64,000 nt of DNA from the human T2T-CHM13v2.0 reference genome, Homo sapiens (GCF_009914755.1 NC_060925.1); one strand, 5' to 3'; shown: positions 28,781 through 41,725, numbered from the stretch's first letter. Program-made: numbers and translations. Notes: generated by a model not told the origin, from the letters alone.

Positions 28781-30049
28781 TTTTATGTTATAGAGATGGT
28801 TTCTTTATTTAAACCTCATGAACCAACATCTACTAGCTTCAAAAGTTTCTACTGCGGCTTCCTCACCTCTCACAGCCTTCATAGACTGGAAGAGACTTAG
28901 GGATTTGCTCTGTATTTAGCTTTGGCTAACAGGAATGATTTTGCTGATTTGATCGATGTGTACCACTAAACTTTCTCCATATCAGCAATAAGGCTGTTTG
29001 GCTTTCTTATCATTTCTGTGTTCTCTGGAGTAGCACTTTTAATTTTCTTCAAGGACTTTTCTTTTGCATTCACTACTTGGCTTACTGTTTGGCACGAGGC
29101 CTTGTTTTCAGCCTGTCTCAGCTTGCGACATGCCTTCCTCCCCAAGCTTAATCATTTCTAGCTTTTGATTTCAAGTGAGAGATTTGAGACTCTTTCCTGC
29201 ACTGAACACTTACAGGCCATTGTAGGGTTATTAGTTGGCTTGAATTCAATACTGCTGTGTCTCAAAGAATAGGGAGGCCCAAGGAGAGGGAAAGAGACAG
29301 GGAAACAGCTGGTTAGTGAGGCAGTCAGAGCACACACAACATTTATCAAGTTCACCATCTTCTATGGGTGTGGTTCATGGTGCCCTCAAACAATTACAAT
29401 AGTACCATCAAAGATCACTGATCACAAATCATCATAACAGACATAATCCTAATCAAAAGTTTGAAACATTGCAAGAATTATCCAAATGTGACACTGAGAC
29501 AAAAAGTGAGCACATGCTATTGGGAAAACAACACTAGTAGACTTGCTCAATGCAGGGTTGCTGTAAACCTTCAATTTGTAAAACATGCAATACCTGTGAA
29601 GTGCAAAAAAGCAAAGTGTAATAAAATAAGGTATGCCTGTGTATAATATACGTATATCTCCTGTTGGTTCTGTTTCTCTGGAGAACCCAGACTGATACAG
29701 TATCTTTGTGTACCAAATGGGCATACATCCACACTGAAGCATCCCCCAAGTATCATTGTGAGGCACATGTAAGGAAGCATATTGAAAGCAGATTTTGAAA
29801 CTACAAAAGCATCATAAACCTATTAATTTGACTTATCACTGCTCTCTATGCAGAGAGGAAAAAAATAACAGGCCTCTTTTACTTGAGGAAGGATTTATTT
29901 TGCAATTCACAAAGCACAGTGGGGACCTTTTCTGACATTTGACTTTAGGGCCAAGAGATTTTCCCTAAGCAGCTGGGATCAAGGAAAGTGAGAGGAATGT
30001 AGCAAACAAAGCTTTGGTCTAATATTTCATTTTAACCAAAAATAACTTA

Positions 30050-30240
30050 TATTTGTAAATCATGTTAGCATTTACAAAGTACATTTCATAAAGTGCATCT
30101 CATTTTATCCTCACAACTCTGTGAGGCAAGTATAGTTTCCCCCCCATTTTACAGATAAAGAAACTGAGTATAAGAGAGTTTAGAATCTGGTCTGAGGTCT
30201 CACAACATGAGAATACTGGGTCTGGAACTCAGCCAGCATC
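30050..30240 (-). mobile_element. MIR SINE
   Basis: cctcacaactctgtgagg...cccattttacagataaagaaactgag. Confidence 0.8.
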
Positions 30241-30597
30241 TCTTAGTCCTTACTGCATTCTTTTCTCATTAAGATTTGCTAGCTACACTTGGCCTGGTCC
30301 ATCTTATGCCTTTTTTCTTCTTTTGCATCCTGGCTTCAGCTGTAGATCTCATATACTCCTGACCTTTAGGAGAAACCAGCCAGGCTGAGAGGAAAAAGGA
30401 AATCTCAAGTTTTTCTTAGGATCCTGACTCATAGATTAGGTGCTGCCCAATACCTTTGAAAAAACAACAAACAAACAAACAAACAAACAGCACATTTGGT
30501 GTTTTGTCTTATTGCCTATTGAGGCTAAAATTATGGTCCTATCCTTTCAGAACAAACACCAACCCAAGGAGACCAGCCAAACTTCAGATTCTCCAGA

Positions 30598-31125
30598 TGA
30601 GGCAGGAGAATAGAGTCTGGAGGCAGGGAACCTAAGACCAATTTGCACTGACTTCCTAGAACTGGATCAAAAGGAAAACCCCACCTCTCCACACCCAAGT
30701 GACAAAAGATTAGAGGCTATTCCCTTTGCAACTCCCCTTTCCACTGCATTGTAGATGAAAAATGGAAAAGTACCTCTGATTGGCTGCAGGCCACACACGG
30801 GCCAATCCTCATTTGCGTAAGGTGCCAATTCACTTTAGCCTTTGAGTAGTCATGGAACAAGCCTCCACTTCAATCTTTCATTTACATAGGGTGTAACCAA
30901 TGGGAAACCTCTAGAGGGTATTCAAACCCCAAAAAACTTTCCTGCCAGGGCCCTCAAGCTTCTTGCTCAGGCCTACTCCCATTCTGTGGATTGTGCATTC
31001 ACTTCTATTGCCTTTCACTTCAGCAAATTTACTTTCATTGCTGGTTTGTGTGTGCTGTCCAATTCTTTGTTGAATGCACCAAGAACCTGGACAAACTCAT
31101 GATCAGAACCTTCTATTCAGTAACA
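30598..31125 (+). mobile_element. MER51 (ERV1) solo LTR
   Basis: Starts tgaggcaggagaatagagtctggaggcagggaacctaag and ends cagtaaca; exact 4-bp TSD CAGA at 30594-30597 and 31126-31129. Confidence 0.9.
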
Positions 31126-32269
31126 CAGACACTTAAGAGGCTACTCATAGGTCAGGGACTAAGGAGAGTACACCCAGTCCTACCACATCTCAGTTACTGA
31201 GACACTTGTTCAGGTCCAAAGGTCTTGAAAAACAAGCATGAAACTTTCTGCAATGCTTCCTTCCTTGGGTCCTGACTGGGGTCCTCAAGGTTTCAGGAGG
31301 AAAAAGTGGTCCAATTTGGAAAGCATCTCTCAGGAAAAAAATAATAATAATAAGAGACAGCATATGGAAAACAGAGTAAAATTACTTTAGTGTGGCTCTT
31401 TGGAGAGAGATGGGTAATTTACCAAATGCAAGACTTTTCTTGCAGCTGGCTGGCACTGTGGAGCACCATGGAGTAATTGAGACTGAATTACAGAGACTTT
31501 GATTATGAGATTGGATTTTCTGTAAGGCCACCTAGGTGATACCAGCCACTTGCATCTTCTCCAATGGGAACGTGAATAGTTCACATTGGCTCAGATTTGC
31601 AAATGACTCTTCCCCTTCATTAGCAGCCCCATGGTGGAATAGAATTGGTGGTGAGATTTTAATGAAGCTGTTTACATTCTTCCTTGGGGCCACTGATAGT
31701 GCCAATAACCATTATTTCCCTTCATCAGACCAAAAGAAAGGCAACCAGGTTCTTCAGAGGTCATTCAGCCATCCCCTTGACTGTCCTTGTAGTTTTTCCT
31801 GAAGATTTGCAGGAATAGAAGCAATGCTAAATTTTCAGAGCATTTTCTTTTCTTCCCTCCTTCCATTGAGGGTCAAAGCTATAAAGCACGAGACAAGGAA
31901 AGGGTTGTCTAGCATGTGACTTGAGACCCTGGGACAAAATGACAATCAATACAGTGTCAAGACTTCTTCCCCTCAAAGGGTCAGAGCAACCTGGTCTGAC
32001 TGCTGCTACTGTCTCTTGCCTTGGTACTCAGTTGAGTACTGCTGGAAATCTTTCTCTGGTAGCAAGTAATTGAGTGAGTCACTGACTCCGAACCTCTAAA
32101 ACAGAAGCACAGAGTTCCCATGGACATTGTGCTTTGGCCATTGAGATTTTTCCATCTCTGGCTTTTGTTTTTTATGCTTCAATTGTCTTTTTTTAAATAA
32201 ATAAATAAACATTTTTGTTTGTTGAGAGGCTATTATCAGCTGATCACTAAAAACATGTATTTTTGCATA

Positions 32270-32450
32270 TTTTTTCTCAATTAATCCTCCAAAAATTGAA
32301 GGAAGAGGTGTTATTTCCATTTTACTAATAAGGAAACTGAGGTACAGAGAGGTTAAGAAACTTGTCCAAGTTCATACGATAGTAAGTGTAATGGAGCCAG
32401 AATTTGACCCCACATCTGATCAATTCCATAGACTACTCCTTATCCCAGAC
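32270..32450 (-). mobile_element. MIR SINE
   Basis: ccattttactaataaggaaactgaggtacagagaggttaagaaacttgtccaag. Confidence 0.8.
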
Positions 32451-32966
32451 TACATGAACTTCTTTGTGTCTCTGGTGCTTTCTAAACACTGGCCCTGGCG
32501 TAGACAGAGCTTCTGGAGGTCATTGTATGTTAAATTTTGATTCATGTAGTACCTGTGCAAATAGATTTCTAACAGATATCGCAATGTGGTGATTGCTCAC
32601 AAGGTGTTTTCGTGTTAGTTATTCCAGGTTTGAAAATTATTTTTTAGCTTAGTAGGTACATGACCTTGAACAGGTCATTCTTCCTCCATAGGTCACTATT
32701 TCCCCATCTGTAGAATGAGGATAGTGTGAGGAATCAATTACACAATGTATGTAAATATCTTGCAACATCTGGCACACACTAAGAATTTTATAAATGGGGA
32801 TGGTGATAACACAGATGATGAGGAGGAGGAAGAAGAGGAGGAAAATCTATCATAGGGTGGCTCTAAGGAAAAACTGTTGGAAGAAAAAGAAAGAGGGGCC
32901 TCTAGAGATGGTGCTTTTGTCTCCCAGAAGGGAAAGTCTCTTAGAGGAGAGGAAGTGGTTGCCTAG

Positions 32967-33823
32967 TGTATTAGTCAGCATTTTCCAGAGAATCAGAACC
33001 ACCGGGTTGGAAAATGAAGAGAGAGAGAGAAAGAGAGTGGTTTTACAGAATTGGTTCACATGATTGTGGAGTCTGGCAAATCCAAAATCTTCAGGGTAGC
33101 CAGCAGGCTGGAGACCCAGGGAAGAGTTGACATTGCAGCTCAAGGACAAGGCAGTCAGCTGGCAGAATTCTCTCTTCGTTGGGGAAGGTCAGTCTTTTTT
33201 CTCTTAAGGCCTTCAACTGATTAGATGAAACCCACCCACATCATGGCTTACCCATGTAATCTGCTTTACTCAAAGTCTGCTGATTTAAATGTAATTTCAT
33301 CTAAAAAATACCTTCACAGAAACATCTAGACTAGTGTTTGACCAAATATCTGGATACTGTGATGTATTAGTCTGTTTTGCATTAGTATGAAGGAACACCT
33401 GAGTCTGGGTAATTTACAACAAAAAGAGGTTTATTTGGCTCATGGTTCTGCAGGCTGTACAAGAAGCCTGGCACCAGCATCTGTATCTAGTGAGGACCTC
33501 AGGAAGCTTTCAATCATAGCATTCTTGAAGGGGGAGCAAGCATGTCACATGGTGAGAGAGACAGGAAGCAAAGCAGGGCTGGAGGGAGGTGTCATACTTT
33601 TAAACAACCGGCTCTTGCATGAACTCATAGAGTGAGAACTCACTCATTACCACAGGGTGGCACCAAGCCATTCATGAGGGATCCACCCCCATGACCAAAA
33701 CACCTCCCACTGGGCCCCACCTCCAACATTAGGGATCACATTTCAACATGAGATTTGGAGGATCAAACATCCAGACTATATCATGTGGCCTAGCCAAGTT
33801 GACACATAAAATTAACCATCACC
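32967..33823 (-). mobile_element. MLT2 (C/D-like) solo LTR interrupted by MSTB
   Basis: tgtattagtcagc...ccagagaatcagaacc at one end and aagttgacacataaaattaaccatcac at the other. Confidence 0.85.
33363..33783 (-). mobile_element. MSTB (ERVL-MaLR) solo LTR
   Basis: tgtattagtctgtttt...ggcaccagcatctg...actatatca; 5-bp TSD TGTGA/TGTGG. Confidence 0.88.
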
Positions 33824-34693
33824 ACTGGCCTCCCAATTTAAATGTACTTGTTGTTTAAATGTACCAGAACCTCCAGGACAGGGACCACAGTCTTTCCCTA
33901 TCTAAGCAGAGATGTATAGCCCAGCAACCTATCCTTAGTGTGGCCAGGGCAAAAGAGAGGGAAGGCACACAGGCTGGCCTTAATGGTACAGTGACTGGTT
34001 CTTTGTGCCTGTTTCCCTGCCCAAGGCTCCTTTTCTCTCTGCTCCCCTTTAACAAAGTCACCAAGCAAACAGAAAAACCAAAGCAGGAGATCGTGGTGGG
34101 CAGCTGAATTGCAAGATGGAAGAGTTACAACAAATATTTTGGTCAACCAGCCCCAAGTCATGAAAGAGAGACCAGCCCTCCCCACTTTGCCCTCTCATCT
34201 CTGGATGCCCCAAAAGAAATAATCTGGATTATGTGGGCAGCTGCCTCCTGGAGAAACTCCAGTGTTATCTCTGGAAATTCTAGGCCCTCCTAAGCAGAGG
34301 ATATAATATCAGGATGTAAAGAAATTTTGACAGGCTGAAATGAGTCTAACTCTAACAAAATGAACCTTAACAGATATAAATGTATAATCTTTCATTTAGG
34401 ACCAAAACAAAATAACATAAAACAAAACACCTACTAGGAAGGATTCAAGGAGACCTTCCCGTTTAAAATTGCACCTGGCTAACATTTCTCAGTGAAGCCT
34501 TTATCAACTTCCTCACTAAAACACTCATGGAAACATCAATAAGGATGAAAATCACGACACTGAAAACTAAGACTGATGGAAAACTTAATGACAGAATCTG
34601 GAGGGAATCTCTGCTTTCAAAGAGGCAAGCAGAATTGAGATAGAAAAAATATTCCCAGGTTTCATTTCATATCACATGGAAGCTCTGCCTCAT

Positions 34694-35105
34694 TGTGGCA
34701 GAGCCTGCTGGTGCTTGCCAACATCTGTGCTCTCCTCTGCTTCATGGACCCACAGAGCCACTGCATTTTACAGCCTCCCTTACAGTTGGGTGTAGCAACA
34801 TGCCTGAGTTCTGGCCAAAAAACATGAGCACAAGAGATGAGGGCCACCTCCCAAGCACAATACTCCATACTCTCTCACTTCTCAGACTGAGTGGAGATGG
34901 TCCCAAAGACACAGAGGATGGTGGAAACACAGATAGAAGAAGCCCAGGTTCCTCTGTGAGTAGGTTGTCCAGGACATGGACCCTGCTTCACTCTCCAACA
35001 CCAGTGCATACTGTATTGTGATGTGCATGAGAAATGATCTTTTACTATGTTAAAACACCAGGATTCTGGAATTGTTTGTTATAGAATTTGTCTTCCCTGA
35101 TATAC
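34694..35105 (+). mobile_element. MLT1 (I/J-like) solo LTR
   Basis: tgtggcagag...cattttacagcctcccttacagttggg...gagttctggccaa...ttgtttgttatag. Confidence 0.75.
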
Positions 35106-35257
35106 TCACAAAATGGAGGTGACCTAGAAAGTTCACAAGATATGACATATCTGTCATTCTCTGGCTACTAATAGATCCTATCAGTGCATGTAAGAAAAGG
35201 GTCTAGTAGAAAAGGAAACACGTTCGTAGCTGTACATACTGCTTATTGTAATTGTCC

Positions 35258-35480
35258 ACTTATTCATGCATTTAACAAATATTTATTATGTACTTACTAT
35301 GTGCCAAGCTCTGTGTAAGTATTGGGGGTGCACAAGTAAGCAAAGTAGACATGGGCCCTGCCCTTGTATAGCTGACAGTCTGGTGGGATACCAAACATGA
35401 AACAAATTATTCTTATATGAACAGCTATTATGAAAGAAGACATTATAGACCACTGTTGGGAACAGGGGTCTCACCTAGAC
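35258..35480 (-). mobile_element. L2 3' end fragment
   Basis: ttattcatgcatttaacaaatatttattatgtacttactatgtgccaagc. Confidence 0.75.
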
Positions 35481-36029
35481 ACCAAGGAGATCTATTTTTT
35501 TTTCCTATTTAGCACATCAAAAAACCAGGAAATGGGAGCAGGAGAGCCTGTGTTGCTAGGAATTAGACGGAATCATGAACATCACTCTGTCCACTGACTT
35601 GCTCCAGTGGATCCAAAGGACGCCAAGATAGTTCACATACCCTGCCTATAGGAAAACATCAGGTCTGGAAGATATTGCTTTGCTCAAGGTGAGTAAGAGA
35701 AAATGTCTGATAAGGAGCCCAAGATACAAGGAAAATATCATCCAGAAGACCAAAAAAGAGATATGCTAGTAAACACATGCAGAGCTCTGAGGCCAGGCAG
35801 GGGGTAGGTAGGGTAGAGAGGAGAGAAGATCACATTTTTTTCTGTTAGAAATATGATAAAACTATTAAAAGCATGTTAAATCATTTGTAAAAGAAAACTA
35901 ATGGTTTATGATTTTATTTAATCTGCAATCATATAAGGCAGATAGTTTTAAAGATCTTTTCATCAAGACAGAAAATTAAGACCAACTCATTTTCTAGTTT
36001 TCACTTAAACACACTAGACCACTAGACTT

Positions 36030-36265
36030 CACTTCCTTAGTGTCTAGGGAGACCCCTTCCCCCTAAGGTGGCCTATAATGTCTCCTTTCATAACACTCAT
36101 CCATACTAGTAATAATTTGTTTCATCTTTGGTATTCCACTAGACTGTCAGCTATACAAGGGCAGGGTTCATGTCTATTTTGCTTACTGCTGTATCTCCAA
36201 CACTTAGCACAGAGTCTAGCACATAGTAAGTAAATAATAAATATTTGTTAAATGAATGAATAAAC
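36030..36265 (+). mobile_element. L2 3' end fragment
   Basis: ccactagactgtcagct...gcacatagtaag...atttgttaaatgaatgaat. Confidence 0.8.
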
Positions 36266-37157
36266 AGAAAATTACAAAAAGCAGTATGTACAGCTACAAA
36301 GGAATTTCCTGCTGCTGATTCCAGCTAGATCCTTTTCTTATGTGTACTAACAGGGTCTATTAGGAACCAGAGAGACAGATATATCATATATTGCAAACTT
36401 CTTAGGTCATTGCTTTATCCAAGTAATTTGTGTAACCATCATTTTTGTCACTCTGCTTTTATACCTCTTAAAATGATGTACTACTGGAGCTAGAAGAAAA
36501 ATTCCAGAAATTATCTGACATTTTTAATAGAATGCAAAAAGACAGTGCTTCTAAGTAATATAAACAAAACTCAAGACATGGTGAAATTAAAATAACATGG
36601 GTAAAATAAATATAAATGATATATGGAAGAATTTGGAGGAAATAAAATATACACATAGATTAGAAGAGTTAGTGTGTACTTTGGAGTTAGTAAAGAGGAG
36701 TACCTTTACTATGGAAAGTGGAATCATAATTTGACAATCTAGTGGGATACCAAACATGGAACAAATCATTCCTATATGATTTAGATGAAACAAATTATTC
36801 CTGTATGATATATTATTCCTATATTAATTTAGAGGCAAAGAATGAAGAGATGAAAGTGGGGGAGGGAAAAAGAAGATCATAAGAAGACCACAGGCATGTT
36901 GTAATGAATTGGGAAGGGGGAAAGAGTAAGCAATGGTTAAATTTTAGTCACCCAAAGATGAAATTTGGAATACCAAAGATAATGTTTCACTGTTTACTTA
37001 AAACATTCCATAAAATATAAAAAGTACATTTTTAAAATTTAAGAGAATTCAATATGGTACCACTGCATTCAAACAATGGAGATGACAGGAATAAAAGAAT
37101 AAAAAAGAAATCCAAATACCAAAAAATAAAAAAGGCGTCATGAGCGACAAATGCGTA

Positions 37158-37625
37158 CATGGTGGATATTTGTTTTTTCTGGGTACTCAGCATCTGGCAG
37201 GTCTCTGACTCCCAGAATGGAAGCTGACAGGAGCAGATCATCATTTTCCTGGCATTTGGCCCTGGACTTCAATCTTAGCTCAGGCAGTTAGATGCTACAA
37301 CCTGAGGCTTTGAAAGTTGAAGGAGTGGCACAAAGTATACTTATAGTCAGAGATTATTTGGGGTTGGCTGCTGTGAGATCAAGAGTCCAGCCATAGAGTG
37401 GAAGTAAGAAGAAATAGCAGAGTTGAGGGGTGGCAGCTGCAAGGGATCAGCTACAATGTCCTGCCACATCCTTTTGCATAATTTCTGCTCTGCCTTGCCT
37501 TCCACAGTTCCTATTTATTCTCAGAACTTGATTTTCTCTTCTAGATATCCCTCTAGTACTTCGTTTTTCTGCCTGTGTTATATTAGGTTTCTGTTGTGTG
37601 CAAACAAGAACCCAACTGCTATAGC
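37158..37625 (+). mobile_element. Old ERVL/MaLR-class LTR (LTR41-like)
   Basis: Start tggtggatatttgtt...cagcatc and end gtttctgttgtgtgcaaacaagaaccc resemble this LTR group. Confidence 0.45.
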
Positions 37626-38140
37626 ATAAAGCATGATAGCAGTAAACACAAATGTGTTCCTTATAACAATAAAAATAAATGGATCAAAAATCCTTTCCAA
37701 AGACAAAAAATCTCAGGTTGAATTTACAATGTTAAATGAGTTATTACAAGAGAGATACCTAAGTCAAAATAGCTCAGAAAGATTAAAAGAGTTGGTAAAG
37801 ATACATCAGGTAAATGCAAATAAGAGAAAGCAAAGGTGGAATGTTACTACCATTAAAGTAGAAGTCAAGAAGAAAGATTAAATGGGATAAAGAGGTTAAT
37901 TTTATATTTTTATTTGTGTTTAATCACACAAATCATTATTATGAGAACAGGTTATTATAAAAATTAAATCAATACAGAGATATTTTTAATGTGAAAATTC
38001 CTTCTTCTATTCTTTGAATATTACTCCATTCCTAGAAGGTAAACTTCTGTTCAGTCGTTGGTGTGTATATTTCTAAAACTTTATGCATGTATATACTCAC
38101 ATACAAATATATGACTTTGAGGATTTTGTTAAATCATAGT

Positions 38141-38670
38141 TGTGGCCATGTGGTATGTCGTAGCTATGGCAGTTGAGGTGCAATTCTGAGAACTGGCAAC
38201 AGCCTCCAGCCACTGCACCTTCAGGCCTACTTTAGTGTTTGAGCCAAAGTTATGCTCTCACTGGGCTGCAGCCAGCCAATCACTGAGCACAGAGGGGCTC
38301 CTAGGGTCTGGACAGTTCTGCCCAGGGCAGGACTCTTCTATGAGTGATCCTTATGCCAAGTCCCCCTGTTGCACCAGCTCGGAGCTGCAGTGCAGCCTCT
38401 GGCTCTTCCTTCCTAATCTCCCTTCCTTCCTCCTCTTCTTTCATGGAATGTCTGCAAAATGGTTTGAAAGTTTTCCTGTCTACTCCAGATTTCTCTTCCC
38501 TTTATCTTTCATGGGCATCTTTCCAATGAATCTTTGCACTTCTAACCCCTTTCTGACATCTGAATAATACAGTTGGTACCAGAAGTGGCCCAACAAAACA
38601 GGGACTGAGATGGGGTTTTAAGACTGGATCACTCACTGCTCAGCAAGAAGGGAGGACCCTACTGAGTAGT
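38141..38670 (+). mobile_element. LTR16-type ERVL 5' LTR with PBS and about 100 bp of HERV16-like leader
   Basis: cagccaatcactgagcac motif; LTR end taataca at 38571; PBS tggtaccagaagtgg at 38574-38588. Confidence 0.75.
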
Positions 38671-38843
38671 ATGTCAATCAAATAATATTGTGTTTATGAT
38701 AATGTGCCCACAATCTAGGGCTTAAGGAATACTTAATAAAACCAACAATAGATTAGGACCTAAAAATAAATCAGTATATTTCAAAAAGCAGAACTTCTAT
38801 AGGACACCATCTCTGGTCACAATATAATGAAATTGAAATTAAG

Positions 38844-38844
<1 letters not shown>

Positions 38845-38889
<45 letters not shown>
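38845..38889 (+). repeat. (CA)n microsatellite
   Basis: Uninterrupted AC run of about 22 units. Confidence 0.97.
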
Positions 38890-38891
<2 letters not shown>

Positions 38892-39012
38892 AAAAGCCCC
38901 TAACCACTTTGAGGTTAAAAAAAAAAGAAATATTCTGAAATAACTACTAGATCAATGTTGAAACTAAAACCACAATTACCAATTATTTAGAAAATAAGAA
39001 TAGTATATACCA

Positions 39013-41725
39013 TCAGTAACAAATAGCCTACCAACCAGAAAAAAAAAAGCCCAGGACTTGATAGATTCACAGCCAAATTTTACCAGGTGTATGAAGAAGA
39101 GCTGGTACCATTTCTACTGAAGCTATTCCAAAAAACTGAAGAGGAAGGACTCCTCAACTCATTCTCTGAGGCCAGCATCATCCTGATCCTAAAATCTGGC
39201 AGAGACACAACAAAAAAGAAAAATCTTCAGGCCAATATGCTTGATTAACATCGATGCAAAAATCCTCAACAAAATACTTGCAAACTGAATCCAGCAGCAC
39301 ATCAAAAAGCTAACCTACCATGATTAAGATTAAGCTGGATTCCTCCCCAGAATACAAGGTCAGTTCAACATACACAAATCAGTAAATGTGATTCATCACA
39401 TAAACAGAACTAAAAACAAAACCCACAAAATTATTTCAACAGATGCAGAAAAGGCTTTCAATAAAATTCAACACTCCTTCATACTAAAAAAACTCTCAAT
39501 AAACTAGGTATTGAAGGAATATAACTCACAATAATAAGAGCCATCTGTGACAAATCCAGAGCCAACATCATACTGAATGGGTAAAAGCTAGAAGCATTCC
39601 CCTTGAAAACTGGCACAAGGATGCCCTCTCTTACCACTTCTATTCAACACAGTACTGTAAGTCATAGCCAGAGCAATCAGACAAGAGAAATAAATAAAGG
39701 ACATCTAAACAGTAAGAGAGGAAGTCAAACGATCTCTGTTTGCAGATTACATGATTTTATATCTAGAAAACCCCATAATTTTGGCCCCAAAACTCCTTCA
39801 GCTGATAAACAACTTCAGGGAAGTTTCAGATTACAAAATCAATGTACAAAAATCACTAGCATTCCTATACATCAAAGCCAACCCGAGAGCCAAATCAGGA
39901 AGGCAATCCTATTCACAACTGTCACGAAAATAAAATGAAATATGTAGCTCCCACAGCTAACCAGGGAGGTGAAAGCTCTCTACAATGAGATCATTGAGAA
40001 TTACAAAATAAGAACTACAAAACACTGCTCAAAGAAATCAGAGATGACACAAACAAGTAGAAAAACATCCCATGCTCATGGGTAGGAAGAACCAATATCA
40101 TTAAAATGGCCATATTATCCAAAGCAATTGATAGAGTCAATGCTATGCCTATTAAACTATCATTGACATTCTTCACAGAACTAGAAAAAAAATACGTTTT
40201 AAAATTCATACGAAACCAAAAAAGAGCCTGAATAGCTAAGGCAATCGGAAGCGAAAAGAACAAAGCTGGAGGCATCAAGCTACCTGACTTCAAACTATAC
40301 TATGGGCTACAGTAACCAAAACAGCATGGTTCTGGTACAAAAACAGGCATGCAGACCAAAGGAAGAAAATACAGAGCCCAGAAATAAGGCCATACAGCTA
40401 TGACCATCTGATCTTCAACAAAGCTGGCAAAAACAAGCAACGGGGGGAAAGACTCCCTATTCAATAAACGGTGCTGGGATAGCTGGCTAGCCATATGCAG
40501 AATATTGAAGCTGGACCCCTTCCTTACACCATATACAAAAATCAACTCAAGATGGATTAAAGACTTAAATGTAAAACCCAATACTAGAAAAATCCTGGAA
40601 GACAACCTAGGTAATACCATCTTGGATATAGGAACTGGCAAAGATTTCATGACAAAGACACCAAAAGCAATCACAACAAAAGCAAAAGTTGACAAGGGGG
40701 ATCTAATTAAGCTTAAGAGCTTCTGCACAGCAAAAATAAACCACCAACAGAATAAAACAGACAACCTACAGAATGGGAGAAAATATTTGCAAACTGCATT
40801 TGACAAAGGTCTAATATCCAGCATCTCGCATCTATAAGGAATGTAAACAAGTTTACAAGAGAAAAACAAACAACCCTATTAAAAAGTGGGCAAAAGACAT
40901 GAACACTTTTCAAAAGAAGGCATACATGAGGCCAACAAACGTGAAAAAAAGTTCAGTATCACTGAGCATTAGAGAAATGCAAATCAAAACCACAAGGAGA
41001 TACCATCTCACACTAGTCAGAATGACTATTATTAAAAAGTCAAAAAACAACAAATGTTGGCAGGGTTGTAGAGAAAAGGGAACACTTATACACTGTTGGT
41101 GGGAGTATAAATTAGTTCAACCATTGTGGAGAACAGTATGAAGATTCATCAAAGAGCTAAAAGCAGAACCACCATTCAACCCAGCAATCCCATTACTAGG
41201 TGTATACCCAGAGGAATAAAAGTCATTCTACCATAAAGACACATGCACGTGAATGTTCATTGCAGCACTATTCACAATAGCAAGGACACGGAATCAACCT
41301 AATGCCCATCAATGACAGATTGGATAGAGAAAATGTGGTACATGTACACCATGGAATACTATGTGCCTATAAAAAACAACAAGATCATGTCTTTTGTGGT
41401 AACACGGATGGAGCTAGAAGCTATTATCCTCAGCAAAATAACATAGGAACAGAAAACCAAATACCATATGTTCTCACTTATAAGTGGGATCTAAATGATG
41501 AGAACTCATGAATACAAAGAAGGGGACGACAGACACTGGGGTCTGCTTGAGGGTGGAAGGTGGGAGGAGGGAGAAGAGCAGAAAAGGTAACTATTGGGTA
41601 CTGGGCTTAATACCTGGTTAATGAAATAATTTGTGCAACAACCCCCCATGACATGAGTTTACCTATGTAATAAATATTCACATGTACCCCCAAACCTAAA
41701 ATAAAAGTTTTTTTAAAAAAAACAA
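39013..41725 (+). mobile_element. 5'-truncated L1PA (L1PA13-16 type, probably L1PA15) with decayed RT and C-terminal ORF2
   Basis: [16 protein letters not shown] motif near 39735-39775; [22 protein letters not shown]; L1PA15-like 3' UTR and A tail; probable TSD agaata(gt/tc)atatacca at 38997-39012 and 41759-41774. Confidence 0.93.

Larger units (their letters stand above)
24167..29639 (-). mobile_element. Tigger1 (TcMar/pogo) DNA transposon, near full length, in three pieces (24167-25156, ~25980-26228, ~28487-29639)
   Basis: TIRs caggtgtatctc... and ...aggtatgcctg, TA target at 24165-24166; pieces sum to about 2.4 kb. Confidence 0.93.
22195..29699 (+). mobile_element. MLT2B (ERVL) solo LTR split into 22195-~22670 and ~29642-29699 by nested insertions
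   Basis: Starts tgtcatgattaattttatgtatcaacttgactg and ends ggttctgtttctctggagaacccagactgataca; TSD TTATC/GTATC; MIR halves on both sides. Confidence 0.88.

Noticed and set aside
40300-40869. 189-aa hydrophobic minus-strand ORF
   Set aside because: Antisense reading of L1 ORF2.
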